A DNA stretch of 64,000 nt from Occultella glacieicola (lineage in GTDB: Bacteria; Actinomycetota; Actinomycetes; Actinomycetales; Beutenbergiaceae). Location: the NCBI RefSeq assembly GCF_004353825.1, contig NZ_SMNA01000001.1, positions 434,001 through 498,000 of the forward strand. The letters run 5' to 3'. Under the pieces are notes generated by a model. It was not told the DNA's origin, searched no databases, and saw nothing but the letters and a program-made list of their open reading frames with translations. Shown here one piece after another: positions 27,860 through 38,815 of this stretch (its first letter is position 1; the number at the start of each line of letters is the position of its first letter). A program made the translations under genes and the position numbers.

Positions 27860-28381
27860 TCAGGAGCGAACGGCGGCCATGGGGAGTTCAACCGGGGGGC
27901 CGCCGGTGCCGGTCAGGTCGATGTCCCGCAGCCCGCACGCGACCCGGCGCAGCAGGCCGCGCAGCACCTCCCGCTCGTCCGGCGCGAGCACCCCCATGGT
28001 GGCATCCTCGGCCGCCCGCACCCGGCGCTCGAGCTCGGCCAGCGTGGTCCGGCCGGAGGCGGTGGCCACCACCCGGCGGGCCCGCCGGTCGGTGGGGCTC
28101 TGCTCCCGCAGGACCAGGTCCGCCTCGACGAGGTCGTCGATGAGGTAGGTCATCACGGTCCGGTCGATGCCGAGGTGGGCGGCCAGGGCGACCTGGGTCG
28201 GCTGGTCCCCGTGGACCACGACGTCGAGCACCTGGTACCCGCGGGAGCCGTGCGGGACATCCGCGACCACCTCCGCCACGGCCGCCTCGTAGGCCCGCAG
28301 CAGGGTCCCGACGTGCCAGCCGAAGTCACCCTCGCGGCGGGCTCGGCACCGCTCGTGCGTGGTTTCGGGGTTCGTGGCCAT
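27860..28381 (-). CDS. MarR family transcriptional regulator
   Basis: TQVALAAHLGIDRTVMTYLIDDL, DRRAR; ATG 28381. Confidence 0.9.
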   Translation of the reverse strand: MATNPETTHERCRARREGDFGWHVGTLLRAYEAAVAEVVADVPHGSRGYQVLDVVVHGDQPTQVALAAHLGIDRTVMTYLIDDLVEADLVLREQSPTDRRARRVVATASGRTTLAELERRVRAAEDATMGVLAPDEREVLRGLLRRVACGLRDIDLTGTGGPPVELPMAAVRS

Positions 28382-28506
28382 GGGGGAATGATACGCCCGG
28401 ATGTGCGGTTGATCCAATCATCGGATCGACATATGATCTGCCAGACAACACATATCGCCGTGATCCCCGAGGGCTCACGGCGACCCGGAACACACGAGGT
28501 GCGCAC

Positions 28507-29439
28507 ATGCCGGACTACGGCCACGACCTGACCTTCGGAACCTTCATCACCCCCACGAACGCCGCGCCGGCGACGGTGGTGGACCTCGCGAAGGCCACCG
28601 AGGCGGCCGGGCTCGACCTGGCCACGTTCCAGGACCATCCCTACCAGGCGGGCTTCCTCGACACCTGGACGCTGCTCAGCTACGTGGCCGCGCAGACCGA
28701 GCGGGTCTCGCTGTCCGCCAACGTGATCAACCTGCCGCTGCGCCCGCCCGCCATGCTCGCCCGCGCCGCCGCCAGCCTCGACCTGCTCTCCGGAGGCCGG
28801 TTCGAGCTGGGCCTCGGCGCCGGCGCGTTCTGGGACGCCATCGGGGCCATGGGTGGCCCCCGCCGCACGCCCGGTGAGTCGATCACTGCTCTGAGCGAGG
28901 GCATCGACATCATCCGGGGCCTCTGGGACACCAGCACCCGGGAGCGCCTCGTCGTCGATGGCGAGTTCTACCGGGTGGACGGCGCCAAGCGCGGCCCGGC
29001 CCCGGCGCACGACATCCAGATCTGGCTCGGCGCCTACAAGCCGCGGATGCTGCGCCTGATCGGGCGCAAGGCCGATGGTTGGCTGCCCTCCCTCGGCTAC
29101 GTGAAGGACCTGAACGACCTGACCACCTCGAACGCGACCATCGACGAGGCCGCGCTCGCCGCCGGACGCACCCCGGGCGACGTGCGCCGGTTGTTGAACA
29201 TCGGCGGCACGTTCTCCGCCCAGCGCGGCGACGCCCTGTTGTCCGGTCCGCCCGAGCAGTGGGCCGAGCAGCTCGCCGACCTCACCCTCGAATACGGCTT
29301 CTCCACCTACATCCTCTCCGGCGACGACGCCCGGTCGATGATGATCCTCGGACAGGAGGTCGCCCCCGCCGTCCGCGAACTCGTACGCGCCGAACGTGGC
29401 GCCGACCGGACGGACCCGACCTCCGCCGTCGGGCGCTGA
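28507..29439 (+). CDS. LLM-class flavin-dependent oxidoreductase
   Basis: QDHPYQ, LARAAASLDLLSGGRFELGLGAG, ADGWLPS. Confidence 0.92.
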   Translation: MPDYGHDLTFGTFITPTNAAPATVVDLAKATEAAGLDLATFQDHPYQAGFLDTWTLLSYVAAQTERVSLSANVINLPLRPPAMLARAAASLDLLSGGRFELGLGAGAFWDAIGAMGGPRRTPGESITALSEGIDIIRGLWDTSTRERLVVDGEFYRVDGAKRGPAPAHDIQIWLGAYKPRMLRLIGRKADGWLPSLGYVKDLNDLTTSNATIDEAALAAGRTPGDVRRLLNIGGTFSAQRGDALLSGPPEQWAEQLADLTLEYGFSTYILSGDDARSMMILGQEVAPAVRELVRAERGADRTDPTSAVGR

Positions 29440-29441
29440 CC

Positions 29442-31724
29442 ATGGACTACGGACACCACCTCGAGTTCGGGGCCTTCGTCAACCCCGACAGCGCCGACCC
29501 GGCCGGCGTCGTCGACCTCGCCCGGCGCGCCGAGGAGCTCGGCCTCGACCTCGTCACCGTGCAGGACCACCCCTACCAACCCGCGTTGCTGGAGACCTGG
29601 ACCCTGCTCTCCTGGATCGCCGGCAGCACGGACCGGATCCGGATCGCCCCGAACGTGCTGAACATGGCGATCCGCCCGCCCGCCGTGCTCGCCCGCGCCG
29701 CCGCGAGCCTCGACCTGCTCTCCGGCGGGCGCCTCGAGCTCGGCCTCGGCGCCGGGCACTTCTGGGACGCGATCGCCGCGATGGGGACCCCGCGGCTCAG
29801 TCCTGGCGAGTCCGTGGACGCGCTCACGGAGGCGATCGAGCTGCTCCGCGCCGTCTGGGCCGGTGACGCCTCGAGCCCGCTCGAGGTACCCGGCGCCTTC
29901 CACGCGCTCGACGGCGCCCAGGGCGGCCCCGCCCCCGCCCACACCATCCCGCTGTGGATCGGCGCGCTCAAGCCGCGCATGCAGCGCCTCATCGGCGCCA
30001 AGGCGGACGGCTGGTGGCCCTCGCTCGGGCGCCTCGCACCCGGCGACCTGGCCGCCGGGAACGCCGTGATCGACACCGCCGCGACCGAGGCCGGGCGCGA
30101 CCCCCGCGAGATCCGTCGCCTCCTCAACATCACCGGCTCCTTCGGCCCGACGGCGCAGGGCGAGTTGAGTGGACCGCCGTCGGCCTGGGTGGAGCAACTG
30201 CTCCCGTACGTGCTGGACGACGGCGTGGGCACGTTCGTGTACGCGGCCTCCGGTGGGGCGGACCTCGAGCGGTTCGCGACCGAGGTGGCGCCCGCCCTGC
30301 GCGAGGCCGTCGCCGCCGAGCGGCACGCCCGGTCGACCCCCGTGGGTGCCGTGGTGCCGCTGGCGGTCCGCGCCAAGCGGCGCGAAGGCATCGACTACGA
30401 CACCGTGCCGGCCGCGCTGGCCGCGACCGCCGTCGAGCCCGGCCACGCCGGCTTCGCGGGTGTGCGCAACACCTATCTGCGCGGCGGCTCACCCGGTCTG
30501 GTGCTGCGACCCGGCGACGCCGACGAGGTGGCGCAGGCGCTCGCGTTCGCGCGGTCCCAGCCGGTGCCGCTCGCGGTCCGCAGCGCCGGGCACGGCATCA
30601 GTGGCCGCTCCACGAACGACGGTGGCATCGTCATCGACCTGTCCCGCCTGAACGGGATCGAGGTCCTCGACGTCGACACCCGGCGGGTCCGGATCGAGCC
30701 GGGCGCCCGCTGGGGCGAGGTGGCGCAGGCGTTGCACCCGCACGGCTGGGCGCTCAGCTCGGGTGACTTCGGGGGCGTGGGCGTCGGCGGGCTGGCCACG
30801 GCCGGCGGGATCGGCTGGCTCGGCCGCAAGCACGGGCTCACCATCGACCACCTGCGCGCCGTCGAGATCGTCCTCGCCGACGGCGCTCTGGTGCGGGCCG
30901 ACGCCGAGCACCACCCCGACCTGTTCTGGGCGGTGCGCGGTGCGGGTGCGAACCTCGGGATCGTCACCGCGTTCGAGTTCGAGGTGGACGAGGTCGGCGA
31001 CGTCGGCTTCGCCCAGCTGGTCTTCGACGCCGGTAACGTCGCCACCTTCCTCGAGAACTGGGGCGCCCTGCAGGAGGCGGCGCCGCGGGACCTGACCAGC
31101 TTCCTGATCATCGGGCGCCCGCGCGGGGGGCAGGTGGTCGCCACCGTGATGGCGACGGTCGACTCCGACGACCCGGACACCGTGATCAGCAGGCTCCAGC
31201 CGTTCGCGACGCTCGGCCCGCTGCTGCAGCAGGCCGTGCAGATCCTGCCCTACCCGGCGATCGTGGCCACGCCCGACGGCGGCCAGCACGGCCAGGGCGA
31301 GCCGGCCACCCGGTCCGCGCTCGTGGAACACCTCACGCCCGAGTTCGCCGCGGCCGCGGCCAAGCTCATCCACAGCGGGGTGTCCTACTTCTTCCAGATC
31401 CGCTCCGTGGGCGGCGCCGTCGCCGACGTGCCGCCGGAGGAGACGGCGTACGCGCACCGGTCCGCGAACTTCTCCGTGACCGCGTTCGGCGCCGGCCGCA
31501 CCCGCCTGGACGCGGTCTGGGACACCCAGATCCAGCCGCACGCGAACGGCCTCTACCTGAGCTTCGAGACCGACCCGAGGCCCGAACGGATCGCCGACGC
31601 GTTCCCGCCGGCCACGCTGGCCCGGCTGCGCGAGATCAAGGCGCGAGTGGACCCCGAGAACGTGTTCCGGGACAACTTCAACGTGGCGCCGGCGGAGCCG
31701 GGGATCACGGCCGTGGCCGGCTGA
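29442..31724 (+). CDS. LLM-domain + FAD-binding oxidoreductase (BBE-like) fusion
   Basis: ATG 29442; LLM N-domain; RSAGHG, GVGGLATAGGIG, DLFWAVRGAG, KARVDPENVF. Confidence 0.9.
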   Translation: MDYGHHLEFGAFVNPDSADPAGVVDLARRAEELGLDLVTVQDHPYQPALLETWTLLSWIAGSTDRIRIAPNVLNMAIRPPAVLARAAASLDLLSGGRLELGLGAGHFWDAIAAMGTPRLSPGESVDALTEAIELLRAVWAGDASSPLEVPGAFHALDGAQGGPAPAHTIPLWIGALKPRMQRLIGAKADGWWPSLGRLAPGDLAAGNAVIDTAATEAGRDPREIRRLLNITGSFGPTAQGELSGPPSAWVEQLLPYVLDDGVGTFVYAASGGADLERFATEVAPALREAVAAERHARSTPVGAVVPLAVRAKRREGIDYDTVPAALAATAVEPGHAGFAGVRNTYLRGGSPGLVLRPGDADEVAQALAFARSQPVPLAVRSAGHGISGRSTNDGGIVIDLSRLNGIEVLDVDTRRVRIEPGARWGEVAQALHPHGWALSSGDFGGVGVGGLATAGGIGWLGRKHGLTIDHLRAVEIVLADGALVRADAEHHPDLFWAVRGAGANLGIVTAFEFEVDEVGDVGFAQLVFDAGNVATFLENWGALQEAAPRDLTSFLIIGRPRGGQVVATVMATVDSDDPDTVISRLQPFATLGPLLQQAVQILPYPAIVATPDGGQHGQGEPATRSALVEHLTPEFAAAAAKLIHSGVSYFFQIRSVGGAVADVPPEETAYAHRSANFSVTAFGAGRTRLDAVWDTQIQPHANGLYLSFETDPRPERIADAFPPATLARLREIKARVDPENVFRDNFNVAPAEPGITAVAG

Positions 31725-31790
31725 GGTCCCGGCGCGACGAGTCTTGATTCAGCCTGTCCTTAATTCAGGTATCGCTGTACTGTCGGCGAC

Positions 31791-32126
31791 ATGACCGCCG
31801 GCACCGCAACGCTCACCCACACCGCCGCGCTCGCGCGCCTCGGCCACGCGCTCTCCGACCCGACCCGCGCCGGCATCCTGCTTGCGCTCCGGGAGGCGCC
31901 CGCCTACCCGTCGGACCTGGCGGACGCGCTGGAGGTGTCCCGGCAGGTGATGTCGAACCACCTCGCCTGCCTGCGCGGCTGTGGCCTGGTCGAGGCGGTC
32001 CCGGAGGGGCGGAGGACCTGGTACCGCCTCGCCGACCAACACCTCGCACCGGCGCTCGACGAGCTCCTGCGGGTGGTGCTGTTCGTCGAGCCGGACTGCT
32101 GCGACGGCGACGGGTGCGCCTGCTGA
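31791..32126 (+). CDS. cmtR: ArsR/SmtB family metalloregulator, CmtR-like
   Basis: ALSDPTR, SNHLACLRGCGLV, Cys-rich C-terminus CC...CAC. Confidence 0.82.
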   Translation: MTAGTATLTHTAALARLGHALSDPTRAGILLALREAPAYPSDLADALEVSRQVMSNHLACLRGCGLVEAVPEGRRTWYRLADQHLAPALDELLRVVLFVEPDCCDGDGCAC

Positions 32127-32806
32127 TGAGCCTCCCGACCCTCACCGCCGAGCGGCGCGAGGTGCTGCACCGACGGATCCGGATCATCGTCGCGATCACG
32201 ATCGGCTACAACGTCATCGAGGCCGCCGTCGCGCTCGCGGCGGGCGCGGCGGCGTCCTCGACGGCGCTGATCGGCTTCGGCCTCGACTCCACGATCGAGG
32301 TGCTCTCCGCCGTCGTCGTCGCCTGGCAGTTCACCCGGCGCGACCCCGAACGGTGGGAGAAGCCCGCGCTGCGGGTCATCGCGATCGCGTTTTTCGCGCT
32401 CGCGGCGTACGTCTCCGTCGCCTCGGTGTTCGCGCTGGCCGGCGGAGGCGAGGTCCGGCACTCCACGGTCGGCATCGTGATCGCGGCCGTGAGCGTGGTG
32501 GTGATGCCGTTCCTGTCCTACGCCGAGCGCCGCGCCGGCCGCGAGGTCGGCTCCGCGACCGCCGTCGCCGACTCCAAGCAGACCCTGATCTGCACCTACC
32601 TCTCGGCCGCGGTGCTGCTCGGCCTCGTGGCGAACAGCCTGTTCGGGTGGTGGTGGGCCGACGCCGTCGCCGGACTCGTGATCGCCGCATTCGCACTGCG
32701 GGAGGGGGCCGAGGCCTGGAAGGGCGACGCGTGCGCCACGAGCGTCGGCATGATCCTGGAGACCGGCCACGACGACCACCTCGACCACGACCGCGACGAC
32801 CACTAG
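32126..32806 (+). CDS. Cation efflux (CDF-like) transporter
   Basis: YNVIEA, GFGLDSTIE, ADSKQTLIC, WWWAD; His/Asp-rich tail; start overlaps the cmtR stop. Confidence 0.85.
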   Translation: MSLPTLTAERREVLHRRIRIIVAITIGYNVIEAAVALAAGAAASSTALIGFGLDSTIEVLSAVVVAWQFTRRDPERWEKPALRVIAIAFFALAAYVSVASVFALAGGGEVRHSTVGIVIAAVSVVVMPFLSYAERRAGREVGSATAVADSKQTLICTYLSAAVLLGLVANSLFGWWWADAVAGLVIAAFALREGAEAWKGDACATSVGMILETGHDDHLDHDRDDH

Positions 32807-32905
32807 TTGGAGCCCGCTGCGGCCACCCGCGATGCGCAATACGGTTGGCGAAGTGGCGTGGTGACCCCCCGCCGTCGACCATCGAGCCCGTAGTGAGGAA
32901 GACCC

Positions 32906-34588
32906 GTGAGCACCGCACCGATCGACGCCACCACCACCAGCGCCTGGGCGGAACTGACCGGCCACGCCTCCGCCCAGCGGCCGGACCTGCGCGCCTGGTT
33001 CGACGCCGACCCCGGCCGGGCCGAGCGGCTCACGTTCGACGCCGCGGACCTGCACGTGGACCTGTCCAAGAACCTCGTCACCGACGAGACCCTGGCCCTG
33101 CTGCTGCGCCTGGCCGAGGAGGTCGGGCTCGCGGGCCGAATCGAGGCGATGTTCACCGGTGAGCACATCAACGTCACCGAGGACCGGGCCGTGCTGCACA
33201 CCGCGCTGCGCCGGCCGGCCGGGGCGAGCCCCGCGCTCGTGGTCGACGGGCAGGACGTGGACGCGGACGTGCACGCGGAACTCGCGAAGGTCTACGCGTT
33301 CGCCGAGCAGGTGCGCTCGGGCACGTGGACGGGGGTCACCGGCAAGCGGGTCGCCACCGTGGTCAACATCGGCATCGGCGGCTCCGACCTCGGCCCGGTG
33401 ATGGCCTACGAGGCGCTCGCGCCCTACGTGCAGGAGGGGCTCGAGGTCCGGTTCATCTCCAACATCGACCCCAGCGACGTCGCCGAGACCACCGCCGGGC
33501 TGGACCCGGAGACCACCCTGTTCATCGTCGCGTCGAAGACGTTCGGCACCCTGGAGACGCTCACGAACGCCCGGCTCGCCCGCGAGTGGCTGTGGACGAA
33601 CCTGGAGTCCGCGGGCGCCATCGACGGCTCCGAGGACTCCCGCACCGGCGCCGTCGCCAAGCACTTCGTGGCCGTGTCCACGGCCCTGGACAAGGTCGCC
33701 GCGTTCGGCATCGACCCGGGCAACGCGTTCGGCTTCTGGGACTGGGTGGGCGGCCGGTACTCGGTCGACTCCGCGATCGGTACCTCGCTCGCGATCGCGA
33801 TCGGCCCGGAGGCGTTCGCCGAGTTCCTGGCCGGCTTCCACGCCATCGACCAGCACCTGCGCTCGATCCCGTTCGCGCAGAACGTGCCGGTCCTGATGGG
33901 TCTGTTGAACGTCTGGTACGTCAACTTCCTCGACGCGCACACGCACGCGGTGCTGCCGTACGCGCAGTACCTGCACCGGTTCCCGGCGTACCTGCAGCAG
34001 CTCACCATGGAGTCCAACGGCAAGGGCGTGCGGTGGGACGGCACCCCGGTCACCACCGAGACCGGTGAGGTGTTCTGGGGTGAGCCCGGCACGAACGGCC
34101 AGCACGCGTTCTACCAGCTCATCCACCAGGGCACCCGGATCATCCCGGCGGACTTCATCGCCGTGGCGAACCCGGCCAGGCCGCTGCGCGACGGGGACAC
34201 GGACGTGCACGCCCTGTTCCTCGCGAACTTCTTCGCCCAGACCAAGGCCCTCGCGTTCGGCAAGACCGCGGACGAGGTCCGCGCCGAGGGCACCGCCGAG
34301 GCGATCGTCCCGGCCCGGGTGTTCACCGGGAACCGGCCGACCACCTCGATCCTGGCCCCGGCGCTGACCCCGTCGGTGCTCGGCCAGTTGATCGCCCTGT
34401 ACGAGCACATCACGTTCGTGCAGGGCGTGGTCTGGGGCATCGACAGCTTCGACCAGTGGGGCGTGGAGCTCGGCAAGCAGCTCGCCACCCAGATCGCCCC
34501 GGCGGTCACCGGGGACGCCGACGCGCTGGCCGCCCAGGACGCCTCCACGCAGGCGCTGATCCGGCACTACCTGGCCCAGCGTGACTGA
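32906..34588 (+). CDS. pgi: Glucose-6-phosphate isomerase
   Basis: [35 protein letters not shown]. Confidence 0.98.
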   Translation: MSTAPIDATTTSAWAELTGHASAQRPDLRAWFDADPGRAERLTFDAADLHVDLSKNLVTDETLALLLRLAEEVGLAGRIEAMFTGEHINVTEDRAVLHTALRRPAGASPALVVDGQDVDADVHAELAKVYAFAEQVRSGTWTGVTGKRVATVVNIGIGGSDLGPVMAYEALAPYVQEGLEVRFISNIDPSDVAETTAGLDPETTLFIVASKTFGTLETLTNARLAREWLWTNLESAGAIDGSEDSRTGAVAKHFVAVSTALDKVAAFGIDPGNAFGFWDWVGGRYSVDSAIGTSLAIAIGPEAFAEFLAGFHAIDQHLRSIPFAQNVPVLMGLLNVWYVNFLDAHTHAVLPYAQYLHRFPAYLQQLTMESNGKGVRWDGTPVTTETGEVFWGEPGTNGQHAFYQLIHQGTRIIPADFIAVANPARPLRDGDTDVHALFLANFFAQTKALAFGKTADEVRAEGTAEAIVPARVFTGNRPTTSILAPALTPSVLGQLIALYEHITFVQGVVWGIDSFDQWGVELGKQLATQIAPAVTGDADALAAQDASTQALIRHYLAQRD

Positions 34589-34652
34589 GTGGGCGCGGCC
34601 GGCCCGTCGGGGCGCCCGGTGGGTGACGGTCACGCGACCTGGAGGTCCCAGA

Positions 34653-34666
34653 TAGCACTTGTGCTA
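34653..34666. promoter_or_regulatory. Palindromic operator upstream of TA operon
   Basis: TAGCAC-TT-GTGCTA inverted repeat about 22 bp before the antitoxin ATG. Confidence 0.6.
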
Positions 34667-34688
34667 CCTCGCGAGCTAGGATAGGACC

Positions 34689-34946
34689 ATGGAAACGACG
34701 GTGGGTCTTCGGGAGTTGCGGCAGTCCGCGTCCGACCTGGTGCGTCGCGTCGCGGCCGGCGAGGAGATCACTGTCACTGTGGCTGGGCGTCCGAGCGCTC
34801 GCCTCGTGCCCGCCAGGCCTGCACGATGGCGTTCCTGGAGCGCACTGGACGGGCTCTTCCGTGGCCCCGCAGACGAGCACTGGACGGCTGACCGTGACCT
34901 AGTCGACGGAGATCTGCGCGATCCGTGGGAACGCTCGAGTGAGTGA
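34689..34946 (+). CDS. Phd/YefM-family antitoxin
   Basis: VGLRELRQSASDLVRRV..GEEITVTVAGRPSARLVP. Confidence 0.9.
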   Translation: METTVGLRELRQSASDLVRRVAAGEEITVTVAGRPSARLVPARPARWRSWSALDGLFRGPADEHWTADRDLVDGDLRDPWERSSE

Positions 34947-35334
34947 CACTGATCGCAGCATCCTGGATACCAGCGTGGTCATCGGCGTGGAACCGGCCGC
35001 CATCAGCGGGGACCTGGCGATCAGTGCGGCGACGCTCGCCGAGTTGCACTTCGGGGTGCTCGTGGCCCGGAATGCTCAGGTCCGGGCCGAACGTCTGCGC
35101 CGGCTCAGCATGATCGAGCGCAACTTCGATCCGCTGCCTGTCGATGAAGCCGTCGCTGCCAGTTATGGGCAGCTCGCCGCAGCCGTGGGCGCGGCGGGTC
35201 GCCAACCTCGCCGGCGGACGATGGACCTTCTGATCGCGGCCACCGCCCACGCCCACGATGCTCGCCTCGTCACCCGCAACCCGGCCGACTTCGCCGGGTT
35301 GGCGGAGTACATCGAGATCTTCGTGCCGTCGTGA
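34939..35334 (+). CDS. vapC: VapC-type PIN-domain toxin
   Basis: ILDTSVVI, TLAEL, DLLIAATA, TRNPADF; overlaps the antitoxin. Confidence 0.9.
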   Translation: MSDTDRSILDTSVVIGVEPAAISGDLAISAATLAELHFGVLVARNAQVRAERLRRLSMIERNFDPLPVDEAVAASYGQLAAAVGAAGRQPRRRTMDLLIAATAHAHDARLVTRNPADFAGLAEYIEIFVPS

Positions 35335-35371
35335 GCGCGCGGGCTCCTGCGCCTCGACGACGCCCTGACCA

Positions 35372-36994
35372 TCAGCGGATCCTGACCGGGTCCATCCAGG
35401 CCAACACGTGCTCGGTGCCGAACGGCCACAACGCCTCCAGAGCGGCGGCCGGGTCGGTGCCGAGCGTGGGCAGCCCGGGCACCGTGAGCCCGGTCCGCAC
35501 CGGCCGGGCCGGTGCGTCCGCCGGCAGCCCGGCCAGCCGGCGGGCGTAGGCGAGTCCGTCACGCAGGTCGCCGAGCGCGTCGACGAGGCCGAGCCCGACG
35601 GCGTCGCGTCCGCTCCAGATCCGGCCTCGCCCCAGTTCGTCGACCCGCGCCGGGGTCAGCCCGCGGCCGGTCGCGACCCGGTCGACGAACCTGGCGTAGA
35701 CCTCGCCCATCAGCTTGGTCATCCGCTCGCGCTGGGCGTCGGTGAACGGGCGGGCGGTGCTGAGGGCGAGGGCGTCCTCGCGGCCCACCGGCTCCGCGTT
35801 GAAGCCGTGCCGGTCCGAGAACTCGGTGAGCACCGGCTTGCCGATGACCACACCGATGCTGCCGGTCAGGGTGAACGGGCTGGCCAGTACATGGTCGGCG
35901 CCGGCGAGCACGTAGTACCCGCCGGACCCGGCCACGGACCCCATCACGGCCACGACCGGCTTGCGGCAGGCGACCACGGCCCGGTGGATCACGTCCGAGG
36001 CGAGCGCGGACCCGCCGCCGGAGTCCACGAAGAGCACGATCGCCTTGGTGTGCTCGTCACGATCGGCCCGCCGGAGCGCCGCGACCACGGTGTCCGACCC
36101 CGCCCGCGGGCCGCCCAGCACCGGCACCGGCGGGCCGCCCCCGCTCGACCCCGAGACGATGGCGCCGACCACGGGAACGACCGCGACGCCGTCGGGCCGG
36201 ACGCGCAGCGGCGTTCGGCGCCCTGCGCCGGTGTGTTGCCGTCGCAGCAGATCGAGCGTGCGGGCCAGCGACGTGTCGGCGACGGTGACGAGCTCGTCGT
36301 CGTAGGCGATCCGGGTGATCAGGCCGACCTCGAGCAGCTCCGCGGCCGAGGTCAGCCCGGCGTCCAGCCAACCGCGGGCCGCGTCCTCGGAAACGCCACG
36401 ACCGGCGGCGAGCGCGTGCACCCAGGACGACTCGGCGGAGTCGAGGTAGGCGCCGAGCTGCTCGCGCTGGGCGTCGTCCATGTGGTCCTGGCTGAACGGG
36501 GTGAGCGCGGACTTGTACTCGCCGATCCGCAGGTTCTCGAACCCGATGCCGTGCCCGCGCAGGAACGCGCCGAGGTAGATCTGCTCGCCGGCGAGCCCGG
36601 GCACGGACACGTCCGCGGACTCCGGCGCGACGACGTCCGGCACCGGGGCGGTGGCGAGCAGCCCGGTCATCGAGACTTGCTCGAGGTAGGCGACCACGTG
36701 CTTGCGTTCGGCGAGGTGGGCCAGCAGCCCGGCGATCGCGCCCGCCGTGGCCAGATCCGCGGTGAGCCCGCGCACGCGCACCACCACGGACTTCACCCAG
36801 TCGGCCTCCCCGATCCGGTCCAGGCGCTCGGCCAGGGAGTCCAGCGAGGAGGTGCGCTGCAGCAGGGCGGCGAGGCCGGGGCGGCGCTGGGCGGGGTAGG
36901 GGCCGGACAGGTCGACGATCACCCGGTCGGGTTCGGTGTCCGGGCCGGGGCGTCGTCCGAGCAGGGGAGCCAGGGGAGTGGGGAGGGCGCGCAT
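35372..36994 (-). CDS. sppA: S49 family signal peptide peptidase (SppA-like)
   Basis: GEYKSA, VDSGGGS, AGSGGYY, TGSIGV, GRIWSG. Confidence 0.85.
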   Translation of the reverse strand: MRALPTPLAPLLGRRPGPDTEPDRVIVDLSGPYPAQRRPGLAALLQRTSSLDSLAERLDRIGEADWVKSVVVRVRGLTADLATAGAIAGLLAHLAERKHVVAYLEQVSMTGLLATAPVPDVVAPESADVSVPGLAGEQIYLGAFLRGHGIGFENLRIGEYKSALTPFSQDHMDDAQREQLGAYLDSAESSWVHALAAGRGVSEDAARGWLDAGLTSAAELLEVGLITRIAYDDELVTVADTSLARTLDLLRRQHTGAGRRTPLRVRPDGVAVVPVVGAIVSGSSGGGPPVPVLGGPRAGSDTVVAALRRADRDEHTKAIVLFVDSGGGSALASDVIHRAVVACRKPVVAVMGSVAGSGGYYVLAGADHVLASPFTLTGSIGVVIGKPVLTEFSDRHGFNAEPVGREDALALSTARPFTDAQRERMTKLMGEVYARFVDRVATGRGLTPARVDELGRGRIWSGRDAVGLGLVDALGDLRDGLAYARRLAGLPADAPARPVRTGLTVPGLPTLGTDPAAALEALWPFGTEHVLAWMDPVRIR

Positions 36995-37117
36995 GGTTCG
37001 AGGCTAACCCGGCCGTCCCGGCGGGGCCCCGATAGGATGCCGCCGCCAGGCCGTTCAAGGGGCCACGCCATCGGGGCACCGCGTCCCGACGTCGGAAGCG
37101 GGGGTGATGGGCAGCGC

Positions 37118-38323
37118 ATGTCCGGCACCGTGAAAGGCCGAGCCGCCGCACCCGCACGGCGGGTGGCGGCCGTGGCCGAGCGGGCCCTCGGTCTGTTCCC
37201 GGCCCGGGTCTGGAGCCACTTCACCCGGAACCGCGGGTTCGTGCTCGCCGCCGGAGTGAGCTACCAGGCGCTGTTCGCGATCTTCGCGACGCTCTACGTC
37301 GCGTTCGCGAGCGTGGGACTCTGGCTCGGCGCGAACACCCGCGCGATCGACGCCCTGATCGCGCTCATCGACTCCTATCTGCCCGGGTTGATCGGGGAGA
37401 ACGGGGTCCTCACCGAGGAGCAGGTGTACACGATCGCCCAGGACGCGTCGGCGCTGCTGAGCATCACCGGGCTGATCGCCGTGATCGTGTTCATCTGGAC
37501 CGCGATCGGCTGGATCTCCTACTCACGGCTGGCCGTGCGGGCCATCTTCGACCTGCCGCCGGACACTCGTCAGTACGTGCTGCTGAAGGCGCGCGACTTC
37601 GTCATGGCCCTCGTCTTCAGCCTGATGCTGCTCGCCGGCGGGGTGCTGAGCAGTGCCGGCTCCTGGTTCCTCTCCACGATCTTCGCGGCCCTGGGCTGGA
37701 GCACCATGTCGCCCGCGTTCGGCCTCGTGATCGGCCTGGCGACGAACCTGGTGGCGTTCGCCGTGAACACCCTGACCATCGCGGGGATCTTCAAGTTCCT
37801 CGCCGGCGCGAGCGTCCCCTGGCGGCTCATCGTCCCCGGCGCCGCCCTCGGCGGGGCCGCGACCGTGGTGCTGCAGCTCGCGGCCGGGTACCTGCTCAGC
37901 AGTTCGCCCTCCAACCCGCTGCTCGCGACGTTCGCGGTGTTCATCGGGCTGCTGCTGTGGTGCCGCTTCGCGGGCGTGGTGCTGCTCGTCGCGGCCTCGT
38001 GGGTCGCGGTCACCGTCACCGACGCGGGGCTGTCGCTCGCGGCGGAGCCGGCGCCCGAACGGGAGGAGGACGTCCGGATCGCCGAGGTGCTGGCCGCCGT
38101 CGAGAAGATCCGGGACGCGACGGCGCAACGTCGGGACGCGCCGTTCTACCGGCGCCGGGCCGCACGCCGGCGGGAGGAGGAGGCGATCGCCGAACTGGAG
38201 GACCTGCTCCGCGGGGACGCGGTTCCGGTGGGCGCCGGGTCGTCCGGCGACGGGACGCGTGAGGAAGGGTCCGCGGCACCGAGCAGGCGTGAGCGGCCAG
38301 CGCCGTTGCGGAGGTCGCGCTAG
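37118..38323 (+). CDS. YihY/BrkB family membrane protein
   Basis: RGFVLAAGVSYQALFAIF and multiple TM helices; ATG 37118. Confidence 0.85.
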   Translation: MSGTVKGRAAAPARRVAAVAERALGLFPARVWSHFTRNRGFVLAAGVSYQALFAIFATLYVAFASVGLWLGANTRAIDALIALIDSYLPGLIGENGVLTEEQVYTIAQDASALLSITGLIAVIVFIWTAIGWISYSRLAVRAIFDLPPDTRQYVLLKARDFVMALVFSLMLLAGGVLSSAGSWFLSTIFAALGWSTMSPAFGLVIGLATNLVAFAVNTLTIAGIFKFLAGASVPWRLIVPGAALGGAATVVLQLAAGYLLSSSPSNPLLATFAVFIGLLLWCRFAGVVLLVAASWVAVTVTDAGLSLAAEPAPEREEDVRIAEVLAAVEKIRDATAQRRDAPFYRRRAARRREEEAIAELEDLLRGDAVPVGAGSSGDGTREEGSAAPSRRERPAPLRRSR

Positions 38324-38643
38324 CGACGGCGCTGCGGCTCCGTCATCACCAGTTTGCCGCGGTCGTCGATCTCGAGAAGCACGCGCTTCTCCCGCTGCGT
38401 GATCGTCACCACGAGCCAGCCGATCAGCCAGAGACCTGCCGTGAAGACCGAGAGCAGCAGGTGCAGGATGTGGTTGGGCGTCGTACCGAAGACGACGACG
38501 GCGTTGAAGTCGCTCTGGTACTCGAGCCGAGCCCCTTGCTCGACGGCCCGACTCACGGCGGTTGAGAGCGTGCGCCGACGGGACTCGTCGGTGACCGCCG
38601 GGGCGGCCGCGGGGCTCTCCTGTCCGGCAGGTGCAGTCGTCAG
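38320..38643 (-). CDS. Small membrane protein; start uncertain
   Basis: NHILHLLLSVFTAGLWLIGWL TM motif; frame stays open upstream of GTG 38556 to a CTG at 38643 behind GGGGAG. Confidence 0.6.
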   Translation of the reverse strand: MTTAPAGQESPAAAPAVTDESRRRTLSTAVSRAVEQGARLEYQSDFNAVVVFGTTPNHILHLLLSVFTAGLWLIGWLVVTITQREKRVLLEIDDRGKLVMTEPQRRR

Positions 38644-38815
38644 GGTGTCTCCCCATCGTCGGAGCGGGTGACCAGAGCCTACACACGTGGCCGCACTCTG
38701 GTCCGGGGGGTGATGAGAGCCGCCCCGAGTCTCGGCGGGTGACGAGAGCCGTCGTCACGACCGGCTCGTGCCTCGCCGGGCGTTCCTCCTCCCGAGTCTC
38801 GGCACCCCTCGCATG

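Noticed and set aside
31904..34633. Long antisense ORFs opposite pgi, mrpA, the ATP-grasp gene and others
   Set aside because: Shadow ORFs expected from high-GC codon bias; no independent motifs
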